A DNA stretch of 60,967 nt, filler included. It is 10 parts of 10 records of this genome, joined end to end, with 100 filler letters (N's around TTAATTAATTAA, not from the genome) between each part and the next. Parts side by side here need not be neighbours in the genome. Positions count along the whole stretch, not along the records: positions 37,705 to 40,722 come from SRR7504441_5354; positions 40,823 to 44,506 come from SRR7504441_5357; positions 44,607 to 54,094 come from SRR7504441_5358; 7 more parts are not named here. One strand, written 5' to 3'. Made by a program: the position numbers and the translations under genes. A model generated the notes under the pieces. It saw only the letters and a list, made by a program, of their open reading frames with translations. It ran no database searches and was not told the origin of the DNA. Shown here piece after piece: positions 37,705-50,600 of the stretch. Every line of letters starts with the position of its first letter. Within the stretch, counting starts at the first letter, position 1.

Positions 37705-40180
37705 GGGCGCGATGGGGGTGGCCGTGTCGCCGGACGGGCTGCACGTGTATGTGGTCACTCTAAGCTCATTTGTGGTCTTTACGCGGATCGCGCCGAACCG
37801 GAGATCTATAGCTGGAAGCCTAGGACAACGCGTGATTAGTGTTGACATTGATGGAGGCAAGTCTAGCTCAGATTCGGATTGGTCTGGTGGCGCACGAGGG
37901 GTTGTGGTATCTCCAGATGGGAGCCACGTGTACTCAGTCACGATGAACTGGATTGCACAAATGTCAACGCCCAGGCTCGAAATCACGACCAGTACGACAA
38001 TGCCTCCAACTTCCGCTCCAACAGGCTCGCCTACAACCAAAGCTCCAACAGATGTCCCAACCACAGCTGAACCAACACCCCTGGGCTGGGTATCATCAGC
38101 ACCAACCCCGAGCCCGATCACGGCGTCCCCAACAACCGGTTCGCCCACAAACACCAACGGCACAACCACCAACGATACAACGGGACAAGCAAAATCCGAC
38201 AATAAGGAGTTGCCTGGTGAACCTGACTCCAGTTCGTCAGGCCCGTCCGTAGTGTGGGCCGTTGTCGCTGGTCTCGGAGGGGTTGCTTTGCTGGTTGGTG
38301 GGTGGTTGCTCTGGTTCTTTCTCTGTCGTAGGAAAACGGAGGACGTTGGAATCTTCATTTCGTACTGCCGTGCCGAATCTGCCACTGAGGCTCAGATGGT
38401 TGCCAGCCTGCTTTCTGACGTAATGAGTAAGGCTGCATTGTTAGCGCACTTTAAACACGAGGCCGGCAACGGCTCGCGATTATTCTCCAAGTGGCAGGAC
38501 GATCGATTGACTAAGCATGTATTCCTGGACAGCGAGCAGTCGCCCCTGCATAATGACAAGACCCTCCTTCGCTGCGTGCAGCAGTCGGAGGTCCTTGTGC
38601 TGCTGCTCACGGCTAACGTGCTGACACGACCATGGTGCGTATCGAGCTAAGCGAGCATGAGCCCCGCCTGGCAGGGTGCTGATTGAGCTACACTGGGCGT
38701 TTGTCCATCGAGTACCAGTAGTGCTCATCCAGTGCAAAACCAGGTCGAGCTAGACCGCTGGCCGGCCAAGTGACGGCTGCGCAGGCGCTTCGGGTTCGAC
38801 TGGGCTGGCGTCGAAGGCTATCTCAGCGACCTTCATACCAATATGGATGGAGTGAATCCGGGTGCTGGGGAAATGCTCGCAGCACACGGCGTTGACGATA
38901 TTGACAAATTTTCGGTCCGGTTGCGAGACATGATCTGCTCACCTGAAGTGTGCGCGCTTCAGTTCGACGCACTGGCCAGCAAGCAGAGGAAAGATCAAGT
39001 CCTCGATGAGCTGATCAGTACCCTGGTGGCAGCCACGTCCAATGATGGATCAAATTTGCGACCCTCGTCATGGTCAGGCGGTTTCTTCAAGGATCTCGAG
39101 GACGTGTGTGCCGACCCGGAGTATACTGTCACTGCACCGGACTGGCTGGTGACCTCGGAGGTCAATCCACTGAAATCAAGTGCAACGCCCGGACTCAAGG
39201 CCGACATTGAAGATACGGATGTGCGCAGCCAATCACGCTCAAGGACCCGTCGTCGAGGTGGTCCATCTAGAGACAAGGTCATGCCGTTCGAAGACGATGA
39301 TGCTCCTGCCGGTCGGAAACGCGCAATGCTCGCTGTTCAGCAGCACCGTGAGAAAATCCTTGATCAATCCTATCGGAAATATCGAATAGATTGCTGGGTG
39401 GGGGCAGATTCAGACGATCTTCGGCGCCTATGCACCGACCTGATCACGCGTTTCAGGTTGCAGGTATCTGTCAGTGAGCTAGAGCTTCGATTAGCCGACC
39501 CAGAAGCCCAAGGGACGATGGATCTGGAGCATTTCAAGAGCTGGTTCTATGCCAAGTTCCTGGACCGCGTCGAGGGCGACACGCCTTCAAAGCTCGGTGG
39601 CGCAACTGTCCCTAATAAACCGAGGTCAGGCCGTCAATTGGAGCCCAAACCTGGCTCTCTGGTGCACAGGGCCAAGCAGGATAGGCTGCCCCAACCAGAA
39701 TATAATGGCACCGAGCAGCTGATCGAGTTGACAGAGATTGGGGTGCCTGCAAACCCAAAGAGTGGGGACAAGGTTAGCGCGCCTGTTCCAAAGCGCAAAC
39801 CGGCTGATCGAAAGCCTACGCCTTCTGACCCAAAGCTCCGTGCTGAGCTCGATGGTATGTTGCAAGAGTTTGATGTCAAAGACAAGAACCGGCGCCGCAC
39901 AGGTAAGGTTTCCGGAGTGCAACAGTTGTCGACAGGTGGCGTTCCAGCAGACCAGCCGAATGATCTTGCAAACCAGCCGAGTGATCTTGGCACACAACCA
40001 AAGCAAGACCAAGCCGATGAGCTGTCGCTCACGCTGTCATTGGGGTTGAATGACATGAGCTCGGACGATGACTTGAGCTTAGGATTTGATGATGTCGATC
40101 AGGATTCGGAAGATTCGCCATTGAGTGGCAGTCGTGTCAAGAAGGAGGACTTAGACGACGAGATTGACCTCGACATCTAA
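37705..40180 (+). CDS. Single-pass membrane protein: SPDG beta-propeller repeats, P/T-rich stalk, TM helix, cytoplasmic TIR domain (5' partial)
   Basis: VAVSPDGLHVYV and VVVSPDGSHVYS; PTSAPT repeats; TM VVWAVVAGL..WFFLC followed by RRK; TIR IFISY, VFLDSE, VLVLLLT..VLTRPW|VLIEL. Confidence 0.82.
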
Positions 40181-40376
40181 TTTAATGTTGTACATGTACA
40201 CACGCTAAATGTAAATATTCCGATATTCAAATCGTGTCTTTCCAATCAAGAGTCCGAGAGTCGAATACGCGCATGCATTTAACATGCATTGAATCTGCTG
40301 TATTGACATTGATGGCTGACCGATTTATTTTGGGACTCATCAGAAAATTGTTGATTTGATACGAAACAAAGCCACA

Positions 40377-40722
40377 ATGCCAGTGTTCGAGGCAGGGGAC
40401 GTACCGGGGCTGCAGGCTGTGCGAGCTCCACTTGAGGGCGAGACCAACAGGCCAATGAGCCACCGGCGCGTCAAGCTCGAGTGCGAGCAAGCCCCGAGCT
40501 GGATGGCCCGCCCTTCGGCTCGGGCGCCGGCCCAACCGATCGGCGAGACCGGCACTTCGCTCGTGTTCGGTGCGGCAAACGGGCCCCCGGTGCGGCGGAC
40601 CAAGCAAGCGGACGCCGGGGCGCCGAACTGGATGTGCTGCGGCGAGAATGAGTTCGACGACCAGCGCTCTTACGGGATTGGTCAGCGGATCCTGGAGGAT
40701 CGGCATGCTGATGAGCCCCTCG
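40377..40722 (+). CDS. Hypothetical protein (3' partial)
   Basis: ATG 40377 opens a GC-rich frame running to the contig end after an AT-rich spacer. Confidence 0.45.
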
Positions 40723-40822
40723 NNNNNNNNNNNNNNNNNNNNNNNNNNNNNNNNNNNNNNNNNNNNTTAATTAATTAANNNNNNNNNNNNNNNNNNNNNN
40801 NNNNNNNNNNNNNNNNNNNNNN
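40723..40822. other. Artificial contig spacer
   Basis: N44-TTAATTAATTAA-N44. Confidence 0.98.
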
Positions 40823-40919
40823 GCAGCGGCCATTTTTGCACAACTTTAATTAATAAAGGCCATCCCAAATACGACACACATAGAATCGGCGTATAATGAT
40901 TTATTTACGGAAATGAAAG

Positions 40920-43900
40920 CTAGCTTGTTTCCCACTCGATGACCTCTCGTCCATGAGCTCTGCACCAACACTTGAATCCACCTGCAACTTCGGACAGCAT
41001 GGGGATTTTACTGTTGCCCAAACTTGGACCCTTGCTGGATCGGGAGCTTATGTGGTCATCCATCATCTTCAAGAACTCCTTGGCCATATGGTGCTCGTGA
41101 AAGAACGGCTCTCGGACGGACGAATGCTCCATGTACACAGCTCGTGGCAGGGTGGTGCGCATCCTTCTACCCACGCTCACAGGATGTCCTGGGTCATCCA
41201 CATCAAATATCAGCAGTGAAGGCTGCCGAATTGCACAGTAGCGCGAAACATCGTGGCCAACTGGATCTCGCACACAGAGAAAGTGGCAAATCCGTGGCCG
41301 TTCCAAGGCTGCATTGAAGATAGCACAAGCACCTTGCGAAGAACCGACCTGCCCACTCCTCAGACAACAACGCAACCCATGAACCGACCAATGCATAGGC
41401 ACGCTCCTTGCCCAGCGCCGAGACCACCCTACTTAAGAAGTCTCCCGGGTAAGATCTGATGGTTTGACAGTCGCCTGGCGTCCGACCGTAGCCCGGGCAG
41501 TCAATAGCTACATGAAAAAAATGGCTTGGTCTGGCTTGTAACCGACTGCTGGCTGCATTGAGGGTCTCTTTGACGGCAGCGCTCAAGAGAAAGTTGTATA
41601 TACTAACTGCAGGCGCGTGCTGCTGCAGTCGAGCGAGAACTGCATCTACCATCGGGTCTTGATTGCGTTGAATGAGCTGCTTCAAATTGTCACCTGCCTC
41701 TATGCCAGTCTGCAGGGTCTCACAGACTCGCTTCAGATCGAATGAAGATACTCGTTGCAGGCGAGATGTGCTCCCAACACAGCTGCTCAGGTCGACTACC
41801 TCAGATTCGGCTTCAGCGCCAGGCAGCGCCTCTAGATCAAGAAAATCACCCATGCGTGTCCCATGAACAAATGTGAATGTGCTCTTGTCGGAAACTAGCA
41901 GCCAACCATTTCCAAAGCCAGAAGAATCCGTGTAGTCGAATTTTATCGCCCGCTTTAGTTTGATTGGGCGGATCACGGGTCGCTTTGCAGGCAGTTGGAT
42001 TACCAGGCGATGCATCGCACCAGCCTCGCAATTTTCGTACGGTATTTCAATAGGTGGCAAATTCAAGCTTTGATGCCAAAAGACAGTTATGTAGCATGGG
42101 AAGGCCCTGCCCACTAATTAGATCTGTTGCGCTTACACAATGTTACCTCGCCATACTGTACTCGAAGCAGAATCCCAGTGATCTGTGATTCGGCTGACAT
42201 ACAACGCCAGCATTGGCTACAGGATAGCCAGGATTGATGTTGAATTCAACATGCTCAATAATGTCAGCCGGAAGTTTTATCCTGGTCGACCCAGAGTTGG
42301 CTGCTCGAACTTTAACGAATGTTGTAAAGTTGGTCTTGGAGCCCTCAGCACGGCTCTTATTGCCGAACTGTAACACAATCCTCGCATGAGTAGAGCGCTC
42401 AGCTGCTGCTGCATCCAGCTCGGCTTGTCGTGGGCTGCCTGCATCTTGTGCTTCCTGCGAAAACTTTGTCTCCATACCGCAAACAGAACAGTTGGTCCAG
42501 TAGCGCTGGCCTCCTTCGGCACACACGCCACAAACAAGGTGCCTGCATTGAACCATCCGCATTGCAGCACAAAGAGATTTCCCACACAGCTCGCAATCTG
42601 ATAGTGTGAGCTCGTTCATCACTCTAGCAACCATGCACTCGAGCTCACTCTCCAAATCCTCGAGGTGGTTATCAGTCCCGGAGGCAAATAGCGATCTGGA
42701 CTTAGGCTTGTCTTTCTGCTGGCCGCTAACTGGCCGCTGATCTGCAGACTCTTCGGCCAGCCGCCGGTGCCTGGTACCTCGGGATTGGCTGGTGGCACCT
42801 GCAGTAGCCCACAGGCATGACTCACTGGCCGACAGCTTGGGCACCTGGAGCCATTGATGGATACATATACTGCTCGCCTCGAGCCTGGTGCGCCACGTCG
42901 AGCACAAAGCAATTCCAAAATAACGACGAGTTCTCAGGACCGGAGCCATGCACGTACAGGATCAGTGGATCCACACTCTGGCCTACGCACCGAGCAAACA
43001 CAGGGCCATAATCTGTCTGAAGTTTCACCTAGTAGCCGATCGTGCTGCCAACCAGCCGCATAGGAGCACCGCTCGGCGGTCGAGGCTCTCATCAGGATCG
43101 GGGAGGTCTCCGTCCATTGGATCGGGTGGCAGTAGCACCAGCTGTGTCTCAGCAGCCATCGTCTTGCCCTTGATTCGGTTGGCACTAGTGGCATACCGAA
43201 GCGTGGAGACCGAATAAGGCTCCAGATTCTTGGCTGGGTTAACACAGGCAATCATCACAGTGTTTTCACCCTCTAACGAACCCTGCCCTGCCCTCAACCC
43301 GGCCCTAGCTGGTGCTCGCCTGCAACAGTCTGGTCAACGTGCTATCTCGGTACGGTACATGCTCCCTCTGCTCCGCCAGCGCTGTGAGAACCTGCCCGAG
43401 AGCCAGAAGCCCCTCGTTGATCCCGGCATTCTGATTGATCACGCCATCGAATGACTCAGACCCGGCGAGGTCCACCAGCTCGAGTCGAGTGGTTACCGAC
43501 TGCCAGCCCCGGTGCTCGCCCTCAGATGGCCAGCGCTTTTCAAGTATCAGCCGCAACACAGCGTGCGATCGGCTCGAGTGCTCGTGCATTGAATTAGCCC
43601 CAGTCACTCGCCGGCTGTTCGCCTCGCCCACGATTCGCTGGAGTACTTGAGTGTTCTGTACCACCTGCTCGCTCGCGCCTGAATTCGTCCGCTCACCGTC
43701 CTGGCACAGCGTCAATGCCGATCCCGCCGTCCGATCCCGCACATCTGAGTCGAACAGATCATACGCTCGGTCCCCGTACACCTGCCCTACGTTCAACCCG
43801 GTCCTAGTACGGCGCGCGCCTCGACATAACTGGCCCGCAGCTCGTATTCGCAGCCCGGATTGGCCCGGGCCGCGGCGTCTGCCAAGAGGAAAACTCGGTC

Positions 43901-44269
43901 CACCGCCTGCGGGATGATCCCGTCCTGCAGCCCGCGCCGTGACCGGCCACCTTCGGGCCCAATCATCTGCCCCCCAGCCGGTCGGCCCCAGCCCACCCAG
44001 CCAGCCAGCACCGAGTAGGTCTTGCCGGAACCGGTCTGCCCGTATGCCAGCACGCAGCCGTGCCGACCAGCGAGCAGGTTTTCTATCAGGGGGGCGGCGC
44101 ACAGCTCGAACGCGTTCCGCTGGGAAGCGGCCGGGCCGAGCACCAGATCGAACGACAGGTACGGCTGCTCCCGGAGCACCAGCCCGTCGCTCAGCCCCGG
44201 GGCGCACTGCAGCGCCTCGCTGACTGGACAGCCATCGGGGGGCGGGCGCACGCGAACGATGATTCTCAT
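40920..44269 (-). CDS. Kinesin motor fused to an alpha/beta-hydrolase interrupted by RING and YEATS-like domains
   Basis: Kinesin VRVRP, YGQTGSGKT, SSRSH, LVDLAGSE, HVPYRDS; LILYVHGSG; RING; YEATS-like segment; IDCPGYG and GSSQG. Seven 37-46 nt introns keep a single frame. Confidence 0.82.
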
Positions 44270-44506
44270 GGGAGGCCGCCGGGTACAGCCGTGGGCAGCA
44301 GCGAACCAGCAGCACTGTGGCCACAGAGTAGATCTACGGTACAATACCTGTACTTGAAATACCGCGCAGTCTATAAGTCTATAGTACCAGCTCTTGTAGA
44401 CTGATTACTGCACTAAACTAATATAATGCACTTATGCTATTCCTTCATAGCATGGCATCCTTATGCGATCCTCTGATCTCCTGAATGAGAGAGCCAGCCC
44501 TGCTCT

Positions 44507-44606
44507 NNNNNNNNNNNNNNNNNNNNNNNNNNNNNNNNNNNNNNNNNNNNTTAATTAATTAANNNNNNNNNNNNNNNNNNNNNNNNNNNNNNNNNNNNNN
44601 NNNNNN
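44507..44606. other. Artificial contig spacer
   Basis: N44-TTAATTAATTAA-N44. Confidence 0.98.
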
Positions 44607-44695
44607 AATATAGTGCCGGACTAAATGTTGGTTAATATAAATACTCTAAATTAAAATAAAAAATGTCGTGTCGGTTGGAATATCCCAAAGCTGAC

Positions 44696-47600
44696 ATGGC
44701 CAAGCCAACAAAGTGGTGGAGTTCCAGGGGGTGGAGCTTGCTGGGGGTGGCGGTACTCGCGGTGCTCCTGAGCGGGTCGGAGGGCGACGAGTTGGTCACC
44801 TTGGACGACCAGCCGGCACGCCGAGGCACCACCATCTCGCTCGATCGGGTCTCGGTCTCCCCGGCCCTCCGCCGCCGACCGAGCTTTTCTGGACAGGGCA
44901 TGTGCCTTGGGGCCGACCCCGGCGTGGAGGAGGGCGCGCCGGTGGTGATCCGGAGCTGCCACGGACCGGCGCTCTCGTGGGTGGTCCGCACGGAGGCACC
45001 CCGGCCAGTCGGCGGTCGATTCACCAGCGAGGGGGCAGGACGGGATGGTCCAGAGCGTCGACGAACCGGTGCACCAAGCCTCTGCCGGCCGGCCACTCAC
45101 CCGGTGCCCACGTAGGAGCTCTGCCTGGCTCTCCGCATCGACGGCGGCTTTTCGCCGGGCCAACCGGCGCTGCTGTTGAGTTGCCGGGCCCGGGCCGGGA
45201 GCTTGTGGGATGTAACGGAGACCGGCATCAAGCTGCGGGCCAACCCGAGTCTAGCGCTCGGCGCCCAGAAGGCCAGCGACGGCCAGCGGGTGGCGCTGGT
45301 GCCGGTGGATCGAGTGCTGCATGCGTTGAAAACTCGCGTGCATGCAAACCACATTTCTTCCGTCAAAGAGAGGTCGGTCGCGGCGCCGCCCAGCGATCAA
45401 CGGGGAGCCTAGGTACGCACCACCGGTGGATGGCCGGATCGGCTCCAACTTCGGCGGGTGCCCAGAGGTCTGTAAATCCGTCTGTCAAGAGGACGAGCAG
45501 GTGTGTCGTGCCCTTGTGTCGGGTGAGCCTCGCTTGACAGGACTGCCCGTGTTCGGGCGAGCTTTGCTACGTGCCGGCCGAGGTGGCGTTCCAGTGGTGC
45601 GACAAGCTGAGTCAGTGTTCCGCCGTCTCGTCCAACCCTCAGCTGCAGCCCGGCTGGTCTTTGTTAGGCCAAAGCCCTATGCTAGCCGAGACGCCTGGTG
45701 CGACTCCTGCCAGGCCAGCCGCTCACGGCCGGCAGGAACATGGTCCACCCGAGCCAAGATCAGCCCAGTCCCGCCGGCCGGTGGCCAGATCAGGCTGACG
45801 GGCGGCGCGGCGCTCTTTTGTGTGGGCATTGCTGGAAACCTTGCAGCGCAGAGCCGACTGGTGGGCGCCGCTGCAGGCGGCCGTGCTGAGTCTGAGGGCA
45901 GAAACTGACGCCGTGCGCACCGGCCCAGGCGCAGATGTGGGTGGCACTCAACGGTCAGATACGGCCGGGCGGTGACCAGACGCTTTGCGTTGGGGTCATT
46001 GCCGGCCAACCGGAACTGACCAAATGCTCTTCTAATAGCCGCGCACAGCTCTGGCGCGTGGCTGCGAGAGGCCAGATCAAGCAGGCTGAGCGTGGGCTGT
46101 GCCTGACGGTTAAGGATGGGAAGGTTGCTGACTCCAGTCCCTTGGTGGCGGATCGGTGTGGCAGCAAAGAGCAGAGAAGCCAGCTGTGGCAAATGAGCGC
46201 TGAGCCTGTAGGGACCGTACCCAGCCCGACCGGTGCCACTGCACCGGCGACTCAGGGCAAGCCAACCAGGCTGCCTGAGGATCAGTCTGCAGATCAGGCC
46301 GATACTGCTCTGGAGATGGAGCTGGACCGAATCAAGGCCGCAAACCGTACAAAGCAGCGGCTGGGGGTGCTGGAGAACCGCACTCAAGGGCTCCAGGCCG
46401 AGGCGAGTGGGCTAGTTGACCAGGCACGTGCCGGCTCAGCAGAGGCTAAGAGGCAGATGCTGAAGCGAGAGACGCATGTGAAGTCTTTGCGAAGAGAGCT
46501 CGACCAGCTTTGGGCCAGATACTCGGCCGCACAGACTAATTTGACGCTACTGGGCGAGTCCAGGGCAAAGCTCAAGCCAAAGTGGGTGACGGCGGTGCGA
46601 GCTGTTACCAAGTACAAGCGGGCTGTGAAGCAGGCCGAACGGAGGCACGATGAGGCGCTGGCGGACGAGGCCAAGGCTAAGGACAAGGTCTCCAGGCTGG
46701 CGCTGGCGCTTAAACAAGTCAAACACGAGCAGAACGCGACCCTTGTCGCTCTGAAGCAGAGGGAAGCGACCACGGTAGGCCGTATGAAGCAAGCCGAAGC
46801 GCTGGTTCACAAGCGGCGCTCAAGGATGCGCAAAGCTGTCAAGGCGTGGAAGGCCAAGCTGCTGAGGGCTGGAGGGATCGCCGCCAGCGCCGAGCGCGCG
46901 TTCGTCCGCGATGAAGCGGGGATGGATGCTGGGGCATCCAACGCGGCGGAACAGGAGGAGCGAGCAGTCGAGGCTGAGCTTGAGATCGAGCGTGAGAACA
47001 CTCATATGATCACAGCGGCCAAGCGGGATGAGGAGAGGCTGAGGCTGGTCCAGGCGCCGACCGCAGCCGGTGCCGGTTGAGTGTGGGGCAGGGGCCGGTG
47101 ATGATGGAGAAGGGGCGGGCAAAAGTGAAACAATTGCAAGGCGAAGTTGCAAACGCCCAAGCAGAATGGCACGCGGCCCAGGAGCTGGTGCAGCTGGCCT
47201 CTCAGCAGCAAAAGCAGCAGATGGAGAGTGCGCGCAAGCGGCTTGAGGAGGTGCAGCTGCTGTATAAATCCAAGGCTGACCAGGGTGAGCTGGCTTGTGC
47301 GGGCTTTGCTGAGGTGTGTGGTCAGCTCATCACGCGAAGGTACTCAAGGACAGTTTGAGGCGGAAGCTCAGCGCGCTCAAGGACCAGGTTGGTAAGGCCG
47401 AGCAAGACAAGAGGGACATTCGCGACCAGGCCTCCGATGACGGATCAATCTCCAATATGCAGAGAGGGATGAGCGAAATGGCGACTATGGACACACAGCT
47501 GACTATGGCGATTGACCGCAAGATGAAGCTCAAAGCGCTGGAGCGTCGGCTGGTGCTCAGCGCAAGCAGGATGCAGGCTGAACACAGGCTTGCTCAATCG

Positions 47601-50600
47601 CTGATGATAAAGGCAGACGACGAGGTTATGCGGCTTTCCGAGGTTGCCCAGGCTGCAGAGACTGCTGAGGCCAGGGCCAAGCAGCGAGCCTCCAGGGCGG
47701 ACTTTGCAGCCAAGATGGGCAGAGCATCGTACCAGTCGGCATCCACTGCAGAGACACAGGACACTATTGCAGCGGAGTCAGCTCGTAAACTGGCCAGGGA
47801 TCAGGCAAAGGCTGAACTCGAGCGACAGAAGAAGTTTTATCTCTCAGAGAACGAGGATTTTTATGCCCGGCTGCACCAAGCCCGGAAACACGTTGCACAA
47901 CTCGAGGAGAAGCTGCAGGTGGCAAGCACGGTACTGGGCCATCAGGAGTCTCAGAACGACCAGGCACGTGCCACTGGCAAGGAGGCCGTCGCGAGTCAAG
48001 CCCATGCGAGGGACAGCACGTTGCGTAAAGCGGAACGGGATGCAGCCAGGGAGCGGAGTGGTCTTAAGGCATATTTCAAAGAGAAGGAGGCACTAGCAGC
48101 AACCGAGCGGGACGAGAGCATCAGTTCTGCCCGTGAAGTCCTGCAAGAGGCGGTGCAGCTGCTTCAGTCACGATCGAGTGCGTTGCAGCTTAGCAAGTTA
48201 GATCAGCAGAACAGCCTTGCTACAGTGAAGCGCCAAGTGGACTCCATGATGGCCACTGCCAAGTCTGCAGCCAAGCAGGAGAAGGACAGGGCTGACAGAG
48301 CTGCAACTCGGCTTCTCAATGAAGCACGGCAGGAGTCAGCGACTGAGAGTAACGTGGAGAGGTCAATGGTCCCAGCAGATCAAGCGGTGAACAATGTGGA
48401 GGCCACTGGTGGCTGTGACTGCGACTCGGATCTGCTTGGCGAGGCTGTGGCAGATTGTCCAAGCAAGTGCGGCCAGCCAGCCCAAGTCAGGCCTGTTGTT
48501 GAAGCCTCGAGGGTGCGTGCTGAGGCATTCCAGGCTGCAGGTCAAGCTCTGGCGAAACAGCAGGCACTAGCAGTGGCCGTGCAGGACACAGTGGCCCAGG
48601 GCAAGAAAGCAGTTGCAGATGCAAACGACCAACTGCAGAGCACAATCCAGCGGGCAAAAGGCTTGGCCACCGGTGCCATGCAGGACTTGGAGGCGGACGT
48701 GAACCAAGCCACGTTGCTCGAGCAGCAGGCTACTCAGGCAGTTGAACGAGCAAAGAAGGTGCTTGCCTCAACTGAACGAAAATCCAAGGCCAAGTACGAT
48801 CTGGTCATCACCAGAGCCAAGGCCAAGCTGCAGGCCCAGCTCCATTCCTGCAGGGAGAAGCTGGAGGCAACACTGCGTCGGGCCAATGAGCAGTTCCATA
48901 CGGTGGAAAGAAAGGAGTCGATCGAGAGCGAATTCCAAGGCGAGAAGCTGGCTTCCGATAAGCGCGACTTGGACTCACTGAGGAAGGAGCTGGCCAGGGC
49001 AAAGAAGGCCTTGGTCCACACTGAAGTCAAGAGCTCCTCGAGGAGGAAGCAGAACAACAAAAAGATTAAGCAAGCAGAAGAGGCATTCGGTCGAGCTGTC
49101 CGCGCTGCTGACACTGCACAGAACCAGAGGAAGGCGTCAATTTCCGCGGGAGTTGACATTGGCAAGATGCAGGCCAAAGCTGCAGCCGCGTCTAAGGCCG
49201 CCGAGGAGCACGGTGAGGCGGCTGGCATGCATGTGCTAACGGTGGGGTTGCAGCTGCAAATCGAGCAGGCCAGGAAGAGGAGAAAGCCAGGAAGATGCTT
49301 CAGATCGCCAAGAAAAGCCAGTTCCAGGCCAGAATTGTGGAGGACAAGGCAAAGCGGCAGTGGTCATCCGCCCAGAATAGAGCTAAAACGGCTAGAGTCA
49401 TGGCCAAAATTGAGAGCAATGCGGTGGTCAATTTGAAACATAAGCTCAACAACCTCCGGAAAGCCGCCGCTGGCAAGAAGGCCTCTCAGGCAGTGGCTTC
49501 AGCGCACACCAGAGAGTTGCTAGATGGGGCCAAGGCGGTTGATACAAAGGCAGGAGCCGCGCTTCATGAGGCAGAAGAGCGGCTAGATAAAGCTGCAGTC
49601 CAATCTGTGATACTCTCACATCAGGCTGACAAGCTCATGTACCAAATCTCCAAATTCAAAGAGAAACAGCCTGGTGAGGTCCAGGCCGAAGCCGAGCTGC
49701 ATCGAGCCAAGCATAGGGCCAGCCAGCTCAGGCAGAAAGCGCTGGAGCTGAATGGAAAGCTTGAGGCTGCCCGTTCCATGAACAGTCAGCAGGAGGAGCG
49801 GCTGAGGACCAACACTCAACAGCTCCGACTAAGGGTCACTCAAGCTGAGGCTCTGGCCCAATCCAGGTGCCTGATCGGCTGGCTGGGCAATGCCAAGTGT
49901 GATGTGCAGGCTGAATGCCGCCAGAGACTCGGTGAAGCACTACAACGCGCTGCATGCAAAGCTCGAGAAGGCAGAAGATTCTGCACAGGCTGGGCTGGTC
50001 AGCTCTCAACACGCTGCAGCTGAGGCGGATTCGAGCAAATCGAAGCTTCAAAAGCACTTTGAAAATGTCAAAAAAGACCTGGAGGACTCTGTTCAGACAG
50101 CAGAAGCGACAGCGGCACTCGCGAAGGACTCTAATATGGAGGCTGACCGAGCGACTCAGCGGTACCAGCAGGAGTCGGAGTCACTGATTAGTAGCAAAGA
50201 GGTGGACTTAGAGACGGCCAGGTGCGCTCGCTAGTGTAACGCTGTGGCTCACCCAGTCTGTGCAGGGCGTTAGCTGTATCAGCTAAATCCGAGGTGAGAG
50301 ACGCAGTGGGTGAGCTCGAGACAATGAGAGCGCAGACTAAGACGGCCACCGTGCGTGAGCGGAAGCTGAAGCAGCGTTGGGACCGAGTCTGCACCGAATT
50401 CGATCGGGCGAATCAAGTGACTGAAGATCTAGCCAGCCAATGTCATTCACAGGCCCGGCTGGTGACACTAGCTCAACGGGGTCTAGAGCAGTTTAGAAAG
50501 CATGCGGATGACATGCAGATGAGACTAGACGATAGAATCACCAAGGCGCAAGTCCGTGAGGCTAAGCAGGCCGAGGGCGACGCTGGCACGGCATTGCTGG

